Below, in pieces: positions 11,826 through 25,462 of a DNA stretch of 64,000 nt. Under the pieces are notes generated by a model. It made no database searches. It worked only from the letters and a program-made list of their open reading frames with translations, and had not been told where the DNA came from. Every line of letters begins with the position of its first letter. The first letter of the stretch is position 1. A program made the translations under genes and the position numbers. This DNA comes from Pocillopora damicornis (Eukaryota), in contig NW_020846761.1 in assembly GCF_003704095.1 (NCBI RefSeq), positions 62,001 to 126,000 on the forward strand, given 5' to 3'.

Positions 11826-12748
11826 CTTGTTCCAGTCCTGCAAATCGACAAGGAAAAGACAAATGAATAAAGGGGGTAAATTTCTAAAACAAAACTGTGG
11901 CGCTGCGTCAGTGGGGGAGTATAACAGGGTAATTTGGTATTATCAACTGTACATAAGCCACCCTTAAAAAAGTTTCAAACCTGACGTTTCGAGCGTTAGG
12001 CCTTCGTCGATCAGAGCGAATGGAGGAATTGTGGTTTGCGAGTGTGTTTATATGCAGAAAAGGAAGGGAACACTAACGTATAACTTTTTTGCAATTAGTG
12101 CAAGTTATGCAACTGATGACATTGGCGGAGGCGCAAGTGAAGTGATTAGTAACCTTAATGATTCGTTTGGGTCCCGATATTTTCTCAACGTTATGAATTA
12201 AAGGACAATTTTTATCATCGTGCGCGAGTGCGTTTGAAAGTTCCAAGACTTTGAAGAAAATGCAAAAATGAAAATGATGATAGAGATGGTGAACTTGAAA
12301 CTCTTGAACAATATTGAGGCGTCCTACAAGAAGTAAACCTGAGAAATTTTATCGATCGAAAGTCAGCTGGGAACGGGAATAAATGTATGGTGAACATATT
12401 CATTTCACCAGATCAGTCAATTATTATATCGGTCAAGGAATATGCACAGTCTCCATTGACCATTTCACTCTAAAGTGTCCTAAATAATCAGCACTCAGCA
12501 ATGACAAATGAGACCAATGTCAGCTAGGGAAATCGTTGTAATCTGGCATCAAATTCTCCGGAATAGCCAGCAAGGAATATCTTTTTATCGGTTTGGAAAA
12601 TCAATCTCAGATTTTCTGAATTGAAGGGGCTATAAGAATGAAGAATATCAGATGAAAATTGTGGATAAGTCTATTAACTTCGTCTCGGCTGGGAAGAATA
12701 AAAGCATCCATCCTTGCATTCATTTGTACATTTTTACTCCAAACTTAC

Positions 12749-13346
12749 CGGGAAAAACGAATCCAAGTCTTGGTACTTTTTCCCTAAATCAGCGCTCTTA
12801 TTAAGTATTTGCAAGTCTGTTTTGTATTTAAACTGATTGTTTTCTTTTAAATTCATGGTAAAACTTTTGTTTCCGAACTCAGCCCAATTCTTTTATATGC
12901 CATCTGTTGACGAACATATTTTGTGAGATTTTTGCGAAAACGAAAGGTCATTGAATTTTCTAGGAACAAGGAAATTAGCGATAGAAAGTTCATAAATTTT
13001 TGAGGGACGAACAAAACGAAACAAACAATAAAAAAAAAGAAGGAACCAGACGAACAAACTATTTCAGTTTTAAGTTTACAATCTACGCTGTAGAGCTGTT
13101 CACAGGGCACCTAGATATACTTTTAACAAATTACGCAACAGGCACCTATTGAATTAATGCAATCGCCACAATTTGTTGCGCGAAATATACACGATTAACT
13201 AGCGTAATGTGTGTTAAATGGAAGCAAGAAGAGGTGTTCGTACCTATTCACTCAAGAGAACTCAGTTTGTGTCAGCTGCTGAAGACATGGAATTGATCAA
13301 ACTTCACAGGTTTGCTATTTTTCAAATGGAGCAACGTCTTATATAG
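12749..13346 (-). promoter_or_regulatory. Probable TATA box and 5'UTR exons of the acidic Hint gene
   Basis: Minus-strand TATATAA near 13339-13346, a GT donor near 13242, and a short AG..GTAAG-bounded segment at 12783-12749. The coding exon starts after an acceptor, so upstream UTR exon(s) are required. Confidence 0.35.
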
Positions 13347-16300
13347 GCGTAGACTGCGACAAATTGGCGCCTCTTCTGACCCGGGCCAATATACTTAAAG
13401 ACACCGTTTGCATGTCAACTGCTCACCAATGCCACCGTAGTCCTATATCACTACTTCTTATCTACCTCGGGGTTTATAAGCGCATCAAACGGCAACATCA
13501 ATCTAAATGCTAAAAAACCTGTTCGGAGTCTACTGCTTTCAAAGATTGTTTCATGGTTTAAAGTCTATTTAAACGTTAAAAAATCTAAATAGCAGAGTAC
13601 CGTTACAACTATGGACAAAATGACGTCAAGAAACAAGTGTCATGTTGAGGAATTAATTGAGGCCTGAGATACTGCAGCAAATAAAACACTTAAGGGTTAA
13701 CGCCGTTAAATTACAAGATTCCTCAACTTTGTATTGTTTGATATGGAGAGGCAATATTTGCAACTGAAAAAGAAAGTAAACAAATCCATTTTGTACTTTC
13801 GTTGCTCGGTGATGGTTAGAAATTGATCAAGAACGAAGGAAAATATCTATTACTTTTAACACCTGGCCTTTTGAAGAACTAAGTCTTCAAAACATGAGTT
13901 TTTGAAGAAACTTTTTAGGGGAGTAATGATTTCAGCTACGTGTTTTTTTTCCCATTTGTTTGTCGGTCAAATAGTTGCACTTATGTTTTCCATTAAAGCA
14001 CTTTGGTTCCGAGTATGTTTTTCGTAGAGCAAATATCCGCACCAGCTCAAGTAGTTTTAAACGAAGTATATTATAAACAAGCCTATTTTGCAAGGGTTGG
14101 GTTGATATTAAAAAAAAAAAAAAAACATCGTTAGTTTCTATTGGTTGATTGATCTAGGTAAAATCAATTTACACCCTTTTAGAAAAGCCCATCGGCCAAG
14201 ATTGTAGTTTGTTATCTCGAGGTGGCAATATGAACCCTTCTGTAATGCTCTTGTTATGAACACTTGAGGAATTTTTTAAATTCATAATAATCAAGCTTGG
14301 TGGTCAAAGTTAAAGTTTAACAGTTACCGCAAAAAAAATAATGTTCAATCGATCGGAAAACCAGTTCTGAATCTTGGAAACGTAACATCATCCGAAGATT
14401 GCTGGCATTTTTCAGTAGGAGAATCTAAAGTTTTCCCGTTATTTTTAAGTCGGTGAATCAGAGTATACACTCCATTCTCCAAAAGACTTCTTTTACACCA
14501 GCAAAACGAGAAGGTTCATAGAAGGGTGTAATATTGGGCGGTATAACGTTACGAACCAAAACACCGGAAGGGGGCAAAAAGTGCAGTCATATCTCACACT
14601 CCACAACCTAAAGGTTTGCTAAGTGTGTGCTAAGGATATTGTAAGGTACTATTTACGCCGAAGAATTGTTGTATAAGGAAAGATGACTTTGTTTTGTACC
14701 CGAGCGATGTTAATTTTCACGGCAACAGAAATAACAAACTCAATCAAAATAATAACAAACTTGAAAAACACTTTCTTATACTACTGCTGATGAAGTTGAA
14801 TAATAAGAATGAAATTAAAATAGTAAAATATGTTACCCTAATATGTTACCCCAACTCGGGGTTTTATAACAGCACATTTTGAGCTTGGAAGAGAAATTCA
14901 CAACAAGGCAACCGAGTATTTTTGGAGAACGACTTGTTGAGTGTCTTTTACGGCACGAAAATGCTATCAAGTTTGTTACAACCTCTATGTCTTGTTACTT
15001 CAAAATATTCTCATGATCTAAGTGAAGTGTTTTCGATCGAAAAAACAAAAACAAAAAGGTTAGTAGGTGATTGCACGGTCTGTTGATTTGTTTTCAAGTT
15101 TCTCTTAAGAGGCTAAAATGTATGCAGCCAAGACTCAATCATCAAATTTTGATTACTTAAACGCAATCTAGGTTACGAGAAAAAGTGAAACAAGGGCTGT
15201 TGAACTGTATTATGGAAAATCGCGGTCCTCTTCAGAATTCTCTTAAGAGTTTGTAATGAATAAAGGTGTAAGATTTCTTCTTGCAGCTCAGGGCAGGAGC
15301 TCATGAGCTCCTGCTCAGGGTGAAGAGTTAGAGTAACCCCGCGAGATTATTATCTGCTATGACTGTTGTCGTTCAGAAATGTTGCCATGTAGACGCTTAT
15401 ACATGGCACAAATAATGGGCCTATTTCCAACAACGTTTTGTTAGTTAATGTAGTAATACTATCAGCATAAATTTTTAACTTGATCAATTTTGGGGTTTGA
15501 AGGGTAAAACGAAAATCACATCATCAGAACAGTAACTGAGCTGTTTTTTTACTGCGAAGTCGTTCAAATACCCACCACTAGTCTCGAACCCAGACCTTCG
15601 ACAGCTAAGCGTAGAATCTGGGAACGAGATTAATTATGTATCACGTGTACATATACTTTCGTAAACAAATACTACAAATAGTTATTCAAAATGATACGTT
15701 ATGGTGTAAGCTATGTGTTTAGGCCAACCGCTATGTGACATCAGCTCTATATTTATCGAAAAAAAGCCAGCGATAATGATAAAATCGAATTGAGAGCAAA
15801 TTCTTTAAGTTGCAGCTGAACAGAGGGATCCTCATCTCGGTTGTCAGTAAGAATTGAATTACTCTGTCGGTAGTCGCGAGGTTAAATTCGTCGGTTGTTG
15901 TTAAAACTCAGTCAATTATTAAAAATGCAAGTTAATAATTTATATTCGTTCCGGCGATAATTTGTGTGCTCGAGCATCGGACGCTGTTTAGGAAATGAGC
16001 TTCGGCCATTAAGTAAGTTTAATGACAGAAAATTCCGTAATTAACCGAATCTAAAATTTAAAGAGGCTACCTCCTAAGCTAGATTGCTTCTTCTATCTGA
16101 ATAAAAATATTGATGATGTCGCACCACGTCGGTTCTTGGTAAGTATAAACGGTACTTTTTTTTTTTTTGTCAGTTATATTTTTCGCCCTTTGCCTTAGTC
16201 GATTAACCCCATTTAGACCCTCCTGAAATGACTGAGGTGATCACTGGAGGAAAGAAAACTTATTAGGGCAAGGCATTCGTAAGGAAAGAGGCGTTTAGCA

Positions 16301-17899
16301 AGAATTACTGGTCATGTTATGCGGGGTATGGCATATTTCTACCGCTGATATTGCCACCCGTTTTTAGAGAAAACATGATTATTAAAAGAGAGATGAAAGA
16401 AAAAAAAAGGAGGAAACAACGTTACATAATTTTTATCTTGAAGACAAGTACTTAGTCCTGCTGCAAATGAAGTTTTGGGCAGTATTGATTAAAATCTGTT
16501 CTAGAGTTCTCACTGATGACAGAAATCTGCAAATTATACCCCAATTTTTGGTTGCAGTTTTGGATAGGTTTCTTAGATTGAACCCAGTTTTATATAAACT
16601 CCCTCCATGCATTTTAATAGCAAATAAGGACACTTGCTGGGATTGGAATAAATGTAAATATGTTTTTCTGTGCCGCATTTGGCCAGGTCTCACGAGTGCG
16701 TGAGTCAGTATTTACCTTTAAATCAAGAACTAGAAGTTTCTTATAACAATGATTCTACGATGAAACTGAGGGGTCTGACGTTGTCATTATTTTCAAAAGA
16801 ACAAACAATAAAAGCAAAGAGGAACGAAAAATGCTTTTTGCACGAACAAGATAAGACATGTTTCATTGCAGAATGACTACTCGAGGGATCATCATAGAAA
16901 TTACATTACTCTTAGCTTTCTTCTCTTCTGTACATCTCTCTTAAATTAAAAGAGAAATTTAACCTAAAATTAAAACATGGGAGTGGGAAAATCGTGTCAA
17001 GAGATCTTTTACGTGATTATTATTTTTTTTTTCCACAGCACGAAATTTAAATAAGAAAATAATTATTGCCCTCTTTAGCAACGTAATTTGCATCAAAAAA
17101 GAGGTATCGGTAATGTATTACTGACTAGTAACAGAAAGAGATATTGACACATAGAGATGTTTTCATTTCATCACCAACAGCGACACACGAAAAACTTGTC
17201 TGAATTTATCTCGGCGCTTAAGGAGACATAAATTTTATGCACTGGTCAATGCCATATTCCCTAGTTTTTAGGAACAGAAGTGAGACAGAAAGTTGAGAAA
17301 TACTGAAACGTTATCTGATGTTTGATTGATTAGCAGCAATTTGTAAATTACTTTCCTAATAAATAATGTCTCTTCTCTTTTTTTACATTTTATTTAAAAA
17401 TTTTTGTGCTCGATAAGCTGCGCAGCTTGTTAAATAGATGTCTGCAGGTAAATTATAAAGCAATCTGTAATTAAAAGTTAAGCTTTCCTCTGAAAAATCA
17501 CTAACGAACGTGGAAGAGTTTATTTTGATATTTCCATCCATTAATTGCCTTGTTTGAAAGCCCTAAGCACTCTGAAAAACTCTCAGATCTATAAAATCAC
17601 CTTTCCAAATGAGATAGCGAAAAGGTGTAAGGCTTCATCGCCTGAAGATGGGTTTTAATGATCTATGTGAATGACTGGTAATTAAATACAAAAATTTAAA
17701 TATGAAATAAAAGGAGTTGCTCTTAAGTGCTCTCGTCAAGACTTGGTGAGGCACTGCATGAGACGTTATCTTTTCTTGCAAACAACGATTCCCTCACTTC
17801 AGTACTTCACTTGTTTTTTCGTGGGAGATTTAGGTTAAAGGTATAAACGTGGAGAAACACTCTATATAGGCGTTTTAGTTTAGAAGATATCGGACGAAA

Positions 17900-19012
17900 A
17901 TGCCTTTTCCTAAAAACAGCAAAGAGCAGGATTATGCAGTCAACAGCAGTACAAATGTTGCGCCACCTTGGCAAGATGCCAACCCAGCGACAAAACCTGT
18001 TAAAATTGCTACACTGATCCTCATATTAATTGTAAGTCTGGCTAGCAACCTTTTGCTGATCTTGGTCGTGCGTAGAAACGTGAACAAACGGATGCGAACA
18101 CCGAATAATTATTTTATTCTGAACATGGCTTTTTCAGATATTTTGCTAGTTTTGTATGTAGTTCCTCAGTACATAACCATGACAGCGTGTGACATGCAAT
18201 GGCTTATCGATGGAATGGCAGGAAACATTTTGTGCTGATTTTCGTTCTTTATCGGTCAAATGCCAATGTTGGTCTCTACTGGAAGTCTTTTTTTCATTAC
18301 ACTGGATCGGTTTTTCCTTGTTTTTTTCCCATTGAGGAAGATAATCACACTGCACACTGCTCGTCGTATAATGGCTGCCGTGTGGACCTTTGCCCTCCTG
18401 CTTGCAGCCCCTTTGCTCGCCATGTCAAGATTGACTGAGATTCGATCCGGAATTTTTTTTTGCACCTTCGATTTTTCTCTTGTCATAATAGTCATCAACT
18501 ATTTTTTGTTTTGTTATTTTTTCATAATAGCGATACCAATTCTTACAATCATCATTATGTATATCGCCATTGGATTCAAAATCAAACAAGGGATATCCCC
18601 CGGAAACCAGCTACCCTCGCATCAGGAAAGACGCGAACGAGTAACTCACAAGGTTCTGGCTATGCTCGTCGCTATAGTAGTTGCCTTGATCGTTTTTCGT
18701 TTTCCATTAATACTTTTACTGATAGCTTGTTTTACAGGCTCAATCAATATCTGCAGCAGTTTTAATCTCCTTTTCGCAGCATGGCTTTTGACGTTCGCCA
18801 ACACTGGCGTTAATCCGCTGATTTATTTTATCTTTAACGAGCAATTTCGCATTGGGGCAATTCTCATTCTACAAGAGGTCGGTCGGTGTTGCTTCAAGGG
18901 GACAAATGAGGTGCACGCAGTTCAACCTGGTGCTCACCAAACGACCGGCTCTCTTAAGCATGAAACTGTCCAGTTTGACCAGCGAAAACAACTGGGAGAA
19001 AAACACCATTGA
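17900..19012 (+). pseudogene. Neuropeptide-receptor-like class A GPCR interrupted by a single in-frame TGA (18236-18238)
   Basis: ORFs 17900-18238 and 18260-19012 are in the same frame. Motifs: RMRTPNNYFILNMAFSD (TM2), GNILC*FSFF (TM3), DRF, NPLIY..FNEQFR. No frameshift seen. Confidence 0.8.
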
Positions 19013-19949
19013 TGATTATCACATTTCCTTGATTAAGGCGACGAATGACACTTAAAAACTTCAATAAGACTTTTAAATGCCCTGTAATTCATGAATCTGT
19101 TTATTTTCGTAGCTATTCTACACTGCTTTTGATGGAGCAACCTCGCTGTTAACACCATATCTAACTCAGAATAACGACATATCATGACTGCAATCAATAG
19201 CTATCGTACATTTCTGGTGATAAATTAGAACTTCCTAAGAGAATATACAAAAACTCCTCTATCCATTCCAAGATTAACTATTTAAATATGTTACTTGTTT
19301 GCTATATTCACCACTCAACCCAACCCCTCTCCCTGTTTTGGCCGTCGCTCGCCCCCTTGGGAAATTTTATTTCTCTCCCCAGCCCTCCGCTGCCGTTAAA
19401 ATAAGAGATGGTGGCCATCATTTTCACTAAGAAAATACTGAGCAATCGTTCTCCAAAATTACGCCGGCGTAACAGGCTACCAGTATCAAAGTTTGGGGTT
19501 ACTCGATTTACACTTTTCTTTCCTGTATTCTTCACGGTATGGTGCTTAGTGTTAGTATCACTAGATAGATCATGCACCGTCCACATAGTAACTGTTTCTT
19601 TAATTTTTAACGCAAATGAAGATTTTGCATCAACATTCAATTTAGAGCTTAGGTTTGAAATTTCTCCTTAAAAATAAGCGAGACAGTTGCTTGTTTTAAG
19701 TTTGGCAAAAACCCTGAACTTAATTGGTGCACTATAAAGGAAACAGAGCTGCGTAATACTAGTCTCTCCTGAAAACATTGAAAACCAAAGAGCCTACTAA
19801 CAACAGCTAACTATCTTGCCACATTAAAGGTGACTCAAGATCATTCAACCTCATCACGTTTAGAGACCAACAGTAAGACAATCTTCATGTTCTCGATACG
19901 AGTTCCGATCCCCGTTCGGCGAGCACTCATCCCCTAACTTTAGACGTTA

Positions 19950-20250
19950 TTTTCCGATTTGGGACGCCAGTATTCGACTTTAGACACTAGTTTCCCAATT
20001 ATAGACACTGTCCTATTTTTGACTCCAGTGTTACATTCGTAGATACTATGATCCGCTTTCATACAATAGTGTTCGATTTTGGAGAAAAGTGTGATTTTTG
20101 GACACTTACGTCCGATTTTGGACACTAGTGACCGACTTTTTGACAGTATTGTCGAATTTTAGATACTAGTATCTTAGCATGGACACCACTGTCTGGTTTT
20201 AGACCCTAGTTTCGGATTTTAGACTCTAGTATCCCATTTGAGACACCAGT
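19950..20250. repeat. Degenerate ~21-23 bp minisatellite followed by a (CAGT)n-like microsatellite to ~20340
   Basis: Repeated units like ttttagacactagt...gatt. Confidence 0.75.
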
Positions 20251-21614
20251 CAACCAGTCAGTCAATCAGTCTGCAAGTTCAGCCAGTCAGCCAGTTATTC
20301 AGTCACTCTGTCAGGCTGCCTGTCTGTCAGTCAACAGTCAAATAGTAAGCCAATAAGTCGCTGATAGATGTAGAAATCAAACCAAAATCTTGACATTAAA
20401 ATCCACCAGTGATCTGATTTTTATTAAACTCTGATGGTGAGCTACCGGTCAGTATTAAGTTTATGTGTGACAAGGTACCTCCATAATGATAAAACCGAGG
20501 ATTATCCATTTCGAATCAGCCGTGTGCAGAATAGAAAATAAGAAACGTTATAATTGAGCTCGATCATTAAAAATCAACGGATGCTTTTATTTCGTCACGA
20601 GCGTTGGACAAAGAAAAAAACTCGGCTCGAGACGAAAGAGTCTGTAAATCACTCAGTCTTTCGAATTGGCGGACAGGCATCACTGAAATGTTCTTAATTG
20701 AAATTATTCGAGCCAATATAATTATTATCATCTTTTTTAAAGTTATTTAAGCTCCTAAGTGAAATTTCCTCGTAAACAGATGCCCACTGATGGCCCTTGG
20801 GCTATATTTTATTCATGTCTCACTCCGTAACTTTGCATGTCCTGAGCCTCGTAACAAATAAATTGGACGCTTTCTTTGGCCCTTAATAAGGTAAATAAGA
20901 AACTTCCCTTTGTTCTTGCAGGTAATGAAACAAGAAAAAGTATTATGAATAATTAATTTGCATAGATAATGTTTTGAGAGCGATCAGATTTACATGAACA
21001 TTTTCATTGCAAGGGATTCTCCTATTCTCACAACTTCAACTACAACGTATTGATCTACATTACGCCATCTTACTTCGGGGAGGATAAGAAAATTTCACCT
21101 ACTCGTTATGGTTAGTTCATAGTCCAACTATTCCATATATCTAACTATTGCGCATATGTACATATGAGCGACAAAGCAGTCGTTTTTTCAACTTCTTGAA
21201 TTGAAAAAGCATTAGATTATAACTGTTAAGAGTTGTTTAGGAGCAAAGAGCACGCAAACCTACTTCTTTCAAGATCATTACTGGATGAAGTTTTTTGCAT
21301 TTTTGTCGGATAACTCAGATTATCATGTTGAGTTTGAAAACCTGATTGTTACATTTTCTTAAAATCCTTAAATCAATTTTTTTCAAAGAAAGTAAGAGGA
21401 GGAATTAAATCTCGCTATCTTTTTATCCATAAAAGTGCCATAAAATTGTTTTATTATTGATGCACTCTTCTTTGAAATATTGATTCCAGATCAAACAGAT
21501 GCATACAGGCTATTGGCCTTCAAAACTGAAGAATAAGCATCTTTAATTGAAATAAAGTTGATAAATAACAGTTGTATCATCAGTAAGGAAGTTCAAAAAG
21601 TTCATAAGAGGAAG

Positions 21615-22634
21615 ATGTCTTTAACTGGTTCAAACTCGTGCTCTGATGTGGCTGCCCCGTCATATTTGAGCATTATCGCTGCCACCGCGGACTCCATCCT
21701 TGCCGTTGCAGCCATCGTTGGTAACTTGTTGGTTCTACTTGCTGTCATTCTTGATCCAAATCGTAATCTGCGATGTCGGTTTAACTATTTCGTGGCTAAT
21801 CTAGCTGCTGCTGATTTGATGATGGGATGCTTGGGACTCCCCATGTCTGTAGAATTCCACATTCGAGAGTCGCTGACTGATGAAGTCTTCCAACTTGATC
21901 ACCCTCGAGATCATGTTAGGATGATTATCATTTTAATCTCGTGTACAGCCTCTATATTGAGCTTTACTGCCTTGACTATAGACAGATTTATTGCCATCAA
22001 AGATCCGCTCGGGTACAGGACCAGGATGACTACTAAACAGGCCCTTGTTGTGTCATTTCTTATATGGTTTATTTCCAGTGGACTTCCGTTTCTGTATATT
22101 TACAAGGGCTATATGAATAGTCGGTTTTTCATCGCTAACTTAGCTGTTGTAGCTACTTTCGCCGTGCTGTACCTCAATTATTTCAAAGTCTTAAGACATT
22201 TTAACGCTCAAGCTGCTAATCGGAATGCCTTGTACGATGGCCAAGGCCAAGACAACTGGGCAAAAAGGAGAGCTCTCAAATGGCAGACGAAAATTACCAA
22301 AACTTTTGTGATCATGTTATTGCTGTTTATTTGCTGCTTTTCCCCAGCAATGATTTTCATTTATATAGTCAGCTTTTGTGCAAGGTGTTCTTGTATTTTC
22401 ATTCACTGGGTAAGGGATTTAAACGGCATTTTATTTCGTGCAAACTCAAGTATGAACCCTTTCGTCTTTGCCTGGAGACTGAAACGTTACCGTGCCGCTT
22501 TCGTTAAAATTCTAAGATGTGGAAAAACTCTGCAAAAACATGGATTCACTTTATCAGACTTGGGTACTTCTATGAATAACTTAGGATTTGCAGTATCTGG
22601 GACCTACAAATATCACGGCAATGAGGAGACTTAG
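21615..22634 (+). CDS. Single-exon class A orphan GPCR (adenosine/amine-receptor-like coral family)
   Basis: Seven hydrophobic segments, GNLLV, NLAAADL, DRF and NSSMNPFVFAWR. ATG at 21615 (MSLTG) aligns with the paralogue start. Confidence 0.92.
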   Translation: MSLTGSNSCSDVAAPSYLSIIAATADSILAVAAIVGNLLVLLAVILDPNRNLRCRFNYFVANLAAADLMMGCLGLPMSVEFHIRESLTDEVFQLDHPRDHVRMIIILISCTASILSFTALTIDRFIAIKDPLGYRTRMTTKQALVVSFLIWFISSGLPFLYIYKGYMNSRFFIANLAVVATFAVLYLNYFKVLRHFNAQAANRNALYDGQGQDNWAKRRALKWQTKITKTFVIMLLLFICCFSPAMIFIYIVSFCARCSCIFIHWVRDLNGILFRANSSMNPFVFAWRLKRYRAAFVKILRCGKTLQKHGFTLSDLGTSMNNLGFAVSGTYKYHGNEET

Positions 22635-25462
22635 AGAAGGTTTTTTTGGAGCTGCAATGTTTACTACGAGATGCAAAAAACATAGGATAGCATACGGGAT
22701 TTCTCGTCGTTTATGGAACTATGCTCCAAACATCGCAAGTGCAATGTTCTGGAATTTCAGAGAGCTGAAACATCTTTGAACCGGTCAAACTGGCCATCGC
22801 ACTGGAAGTGACTCGTATATGGATGCATACTGGTTTATTGTGTAAATGCAATTACTTAGTTGTGAGGAACCCTCACAGGCTATTTCTCAGGTATTACCCA
22901 GGAGATAGATTAAAATAGAATAAAACAGAATGAATAAATTTAATATAACCCAAGGTAGCGCCTCTGAAAGAGCTAAGTGCTATTTGTATAAGTTACCTGT
23001 TTGTAAATTCAGTGCGGAGGATGAAAAGTACTGGTTGTTTACACCTTTAAAGACTGAGGTGTCGAACGTGCTAAATTGAAATTTAATAAATATTTCCTTA
23101 ATCGGGAATTCCACATAGAGTTAACCTAAGAACGAGAATATCAAAGAAGTTAAAAATATGGGAAGGGTTATTTCAAGGAAATGCTTGTACGGAATCAATT
23201 GCTTTGAGGTAAGGTCGTTTTATTCGTCGTTAAGGATATCGAACAAAAGAACAGTTTTTTTGATTTGATCAATTATCAATTACTTTGTGTGCCTAGTTAC
23301 GATCTTAGTTACAATATTAATCTTTTTCCTATTGGTTTGTGATCGGATCTTTTAGCGTCACCACGCGCATATAAAAGCTAAGTTAGCGTCCCTTTAAGCC
23401 AGAGTTTCGCAAGATTTCGCCTTGAATAGTAGTACCTTCGTTCTTTCGTTCTAAACCTTTGGCATAAGCGGGACCGATATGTAAGTAATTTTGTTAGTTT
23501 TATTTCAATGTGTTTAAGTTTAGTTTTTCACCATGGGCGATAGCGCACATTTGTACTGTTTTGTACAATAGTGCAACTAATTATCTTGAAATCAAAAGAG
23601 TAATTTGAAAGAACTAGACGCTCAGACAGCAACGCCCACATTTTAGTCTTTGGGCTGTTAACCAGCCGCAAGTGTTCATCGTGTTGCCGATCTTTGAATC
23701 TCGAGTAGTTTTAATTTAGCCTTTATGATTTGTTTCTGTTAATTTACGTTAATTGTTTTTATTTTAATCGCGTTATCGACATAGGCACGTCTTTGTCTTC
23801 GTGATCTGAATAAACACCGTTAACCGTCATCTTGGTTTTCGTGGTTTTACCACGACCTGTAAAATAGTCCCGAAATCAGCGACACTCAGCAAACACGCCT
23901 TAGCAACACCCCTCGAAGTTTCGTCTTTCGTCGCAAGCGTCACATTCGTAATTGTAACAGCTCTCCGCAACATAATGGAAATAATTAAATATTTAACCGC
24001 AAATTGTAGTTTACGAAGAAATATTTGTCTCCATGTCAAATTCACGACTTCAATAAGAAAAGGAGATCGAAATTTTACCTGTAAAATAAGACTGCTAAAA
24101 GAAAGAGAAGATGATCAACTTGTTTATAATAACTTTTTACTGAACGGCTTATGGTAATATATTATTTCCATTCATTTTCCAACACCAATATATGGAAACC
24201 CTTACAATATTTTTAGATTAGATTTATATCTATTTTTATCGTTTCACAAATTTCAGTCATTAAATGTAATACAACGGTAAAAATTATGTTAGTTGAGTTA
24301 TAAAATTTCTACTCACAGTTTAAAAGTTTGGTACAAAGAATATAAAAGTAGAAATCTCGATATGACTATATTTTTTTTTTAATGAATCTAACGTTTATTC
24401 AATCCAAACGAGCGATTCCTTAGATATAAATGGATGCGTGTGTCACAATCCCAAACTACCTTCATCCATCCCGCCACAGCTTTTGCTCGGCTTCTAAGGT
24501 AAATTATGCCCTGCGGTTATGCTTCGTCAGCTACCCTTTTACTTCGATGTGCAACACGAAAGGTGAAAAGCTCGTTTGTTTGCTTGTTGCAGATAAAAAC
24601 TTACATATTAAACATGATGATTACTCAATGATGTAACAAAAAGCTTCGCTTTGCTTGCCAAAAGAATTCAGGCTCTGCGTGTAAGGAATTTTGTTCACCT
24701 CTAACACACACCCTTTTTCAACGATACATGTCTTTTGCATCCAATTGTTTCAAAGAGATCACAACGTTGGTCACTTTGATGAGAATGAAATCTTTCGAAA
24801 ACGCCGTCAAAAAGACTTGAACTATTAAAGGGAAAATTTATGCCTTCCCTGTTTCATGAAAAGGGGAGACTGGAAGAGATTCTTCAAAAGAGCTTGAACG
24901 GCAAATATATCTCAACATGGTTGACACAAGCAAACTATATGTTGAAGTTTGCAACTGCATCTCTAAGTGCACCTTCTCCTTAACGAAGTATTACCTATCC
25001 TTTCCTATCCCACCCACCGGTTTAGAGGTTAAATAATGCATCTGAAATTAACTAACAGCTGGCAACTGACTGAGTCTACCTTACCCTATACCTTAAACGA
25101 ACTTCTGGTTTTCGGGCCAATAAAACACATGAAATTGTCAGAAGTTTTGTGAAATGTATTTTGGAAGAATTAAGTAAGAGTTTAATACTCTCAAGAAAGG
25201 GGAAAATTGTGTGAGGTATGGAGAGAAATCGACGCGGCTTCAAGCTGTGGCACACACTTTATTTTGCGCGCCTCAGCGCGGCCAAGTTATTAAAGTTCGA
25301 TTGTTTTTGTTTTTGAATTGACAAGACAAGAGTTTTTTGTTGTTGTTGTTTTCTTTACCTCGCAAGAATCACCTATAGAACCTCTAAGTCGCTTCATTGC
25401 CATGTTCTTAATACTGTAAATCATCGGTTAGTCGTGGAAAAATCCAATTATAATGTGCCAAG

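Noticed and set aside
19950-20250. CRISPR-like periodic repeat
   Set aside because: Eukaryotic context, degenerate head-to-tail units without unique spacers, and no cas genes.
23722-23812. Possible C/D box snoRNA
   Set aside because: The C box is degenerate (ATGATT) and no recognisable rRNA guide was seen.
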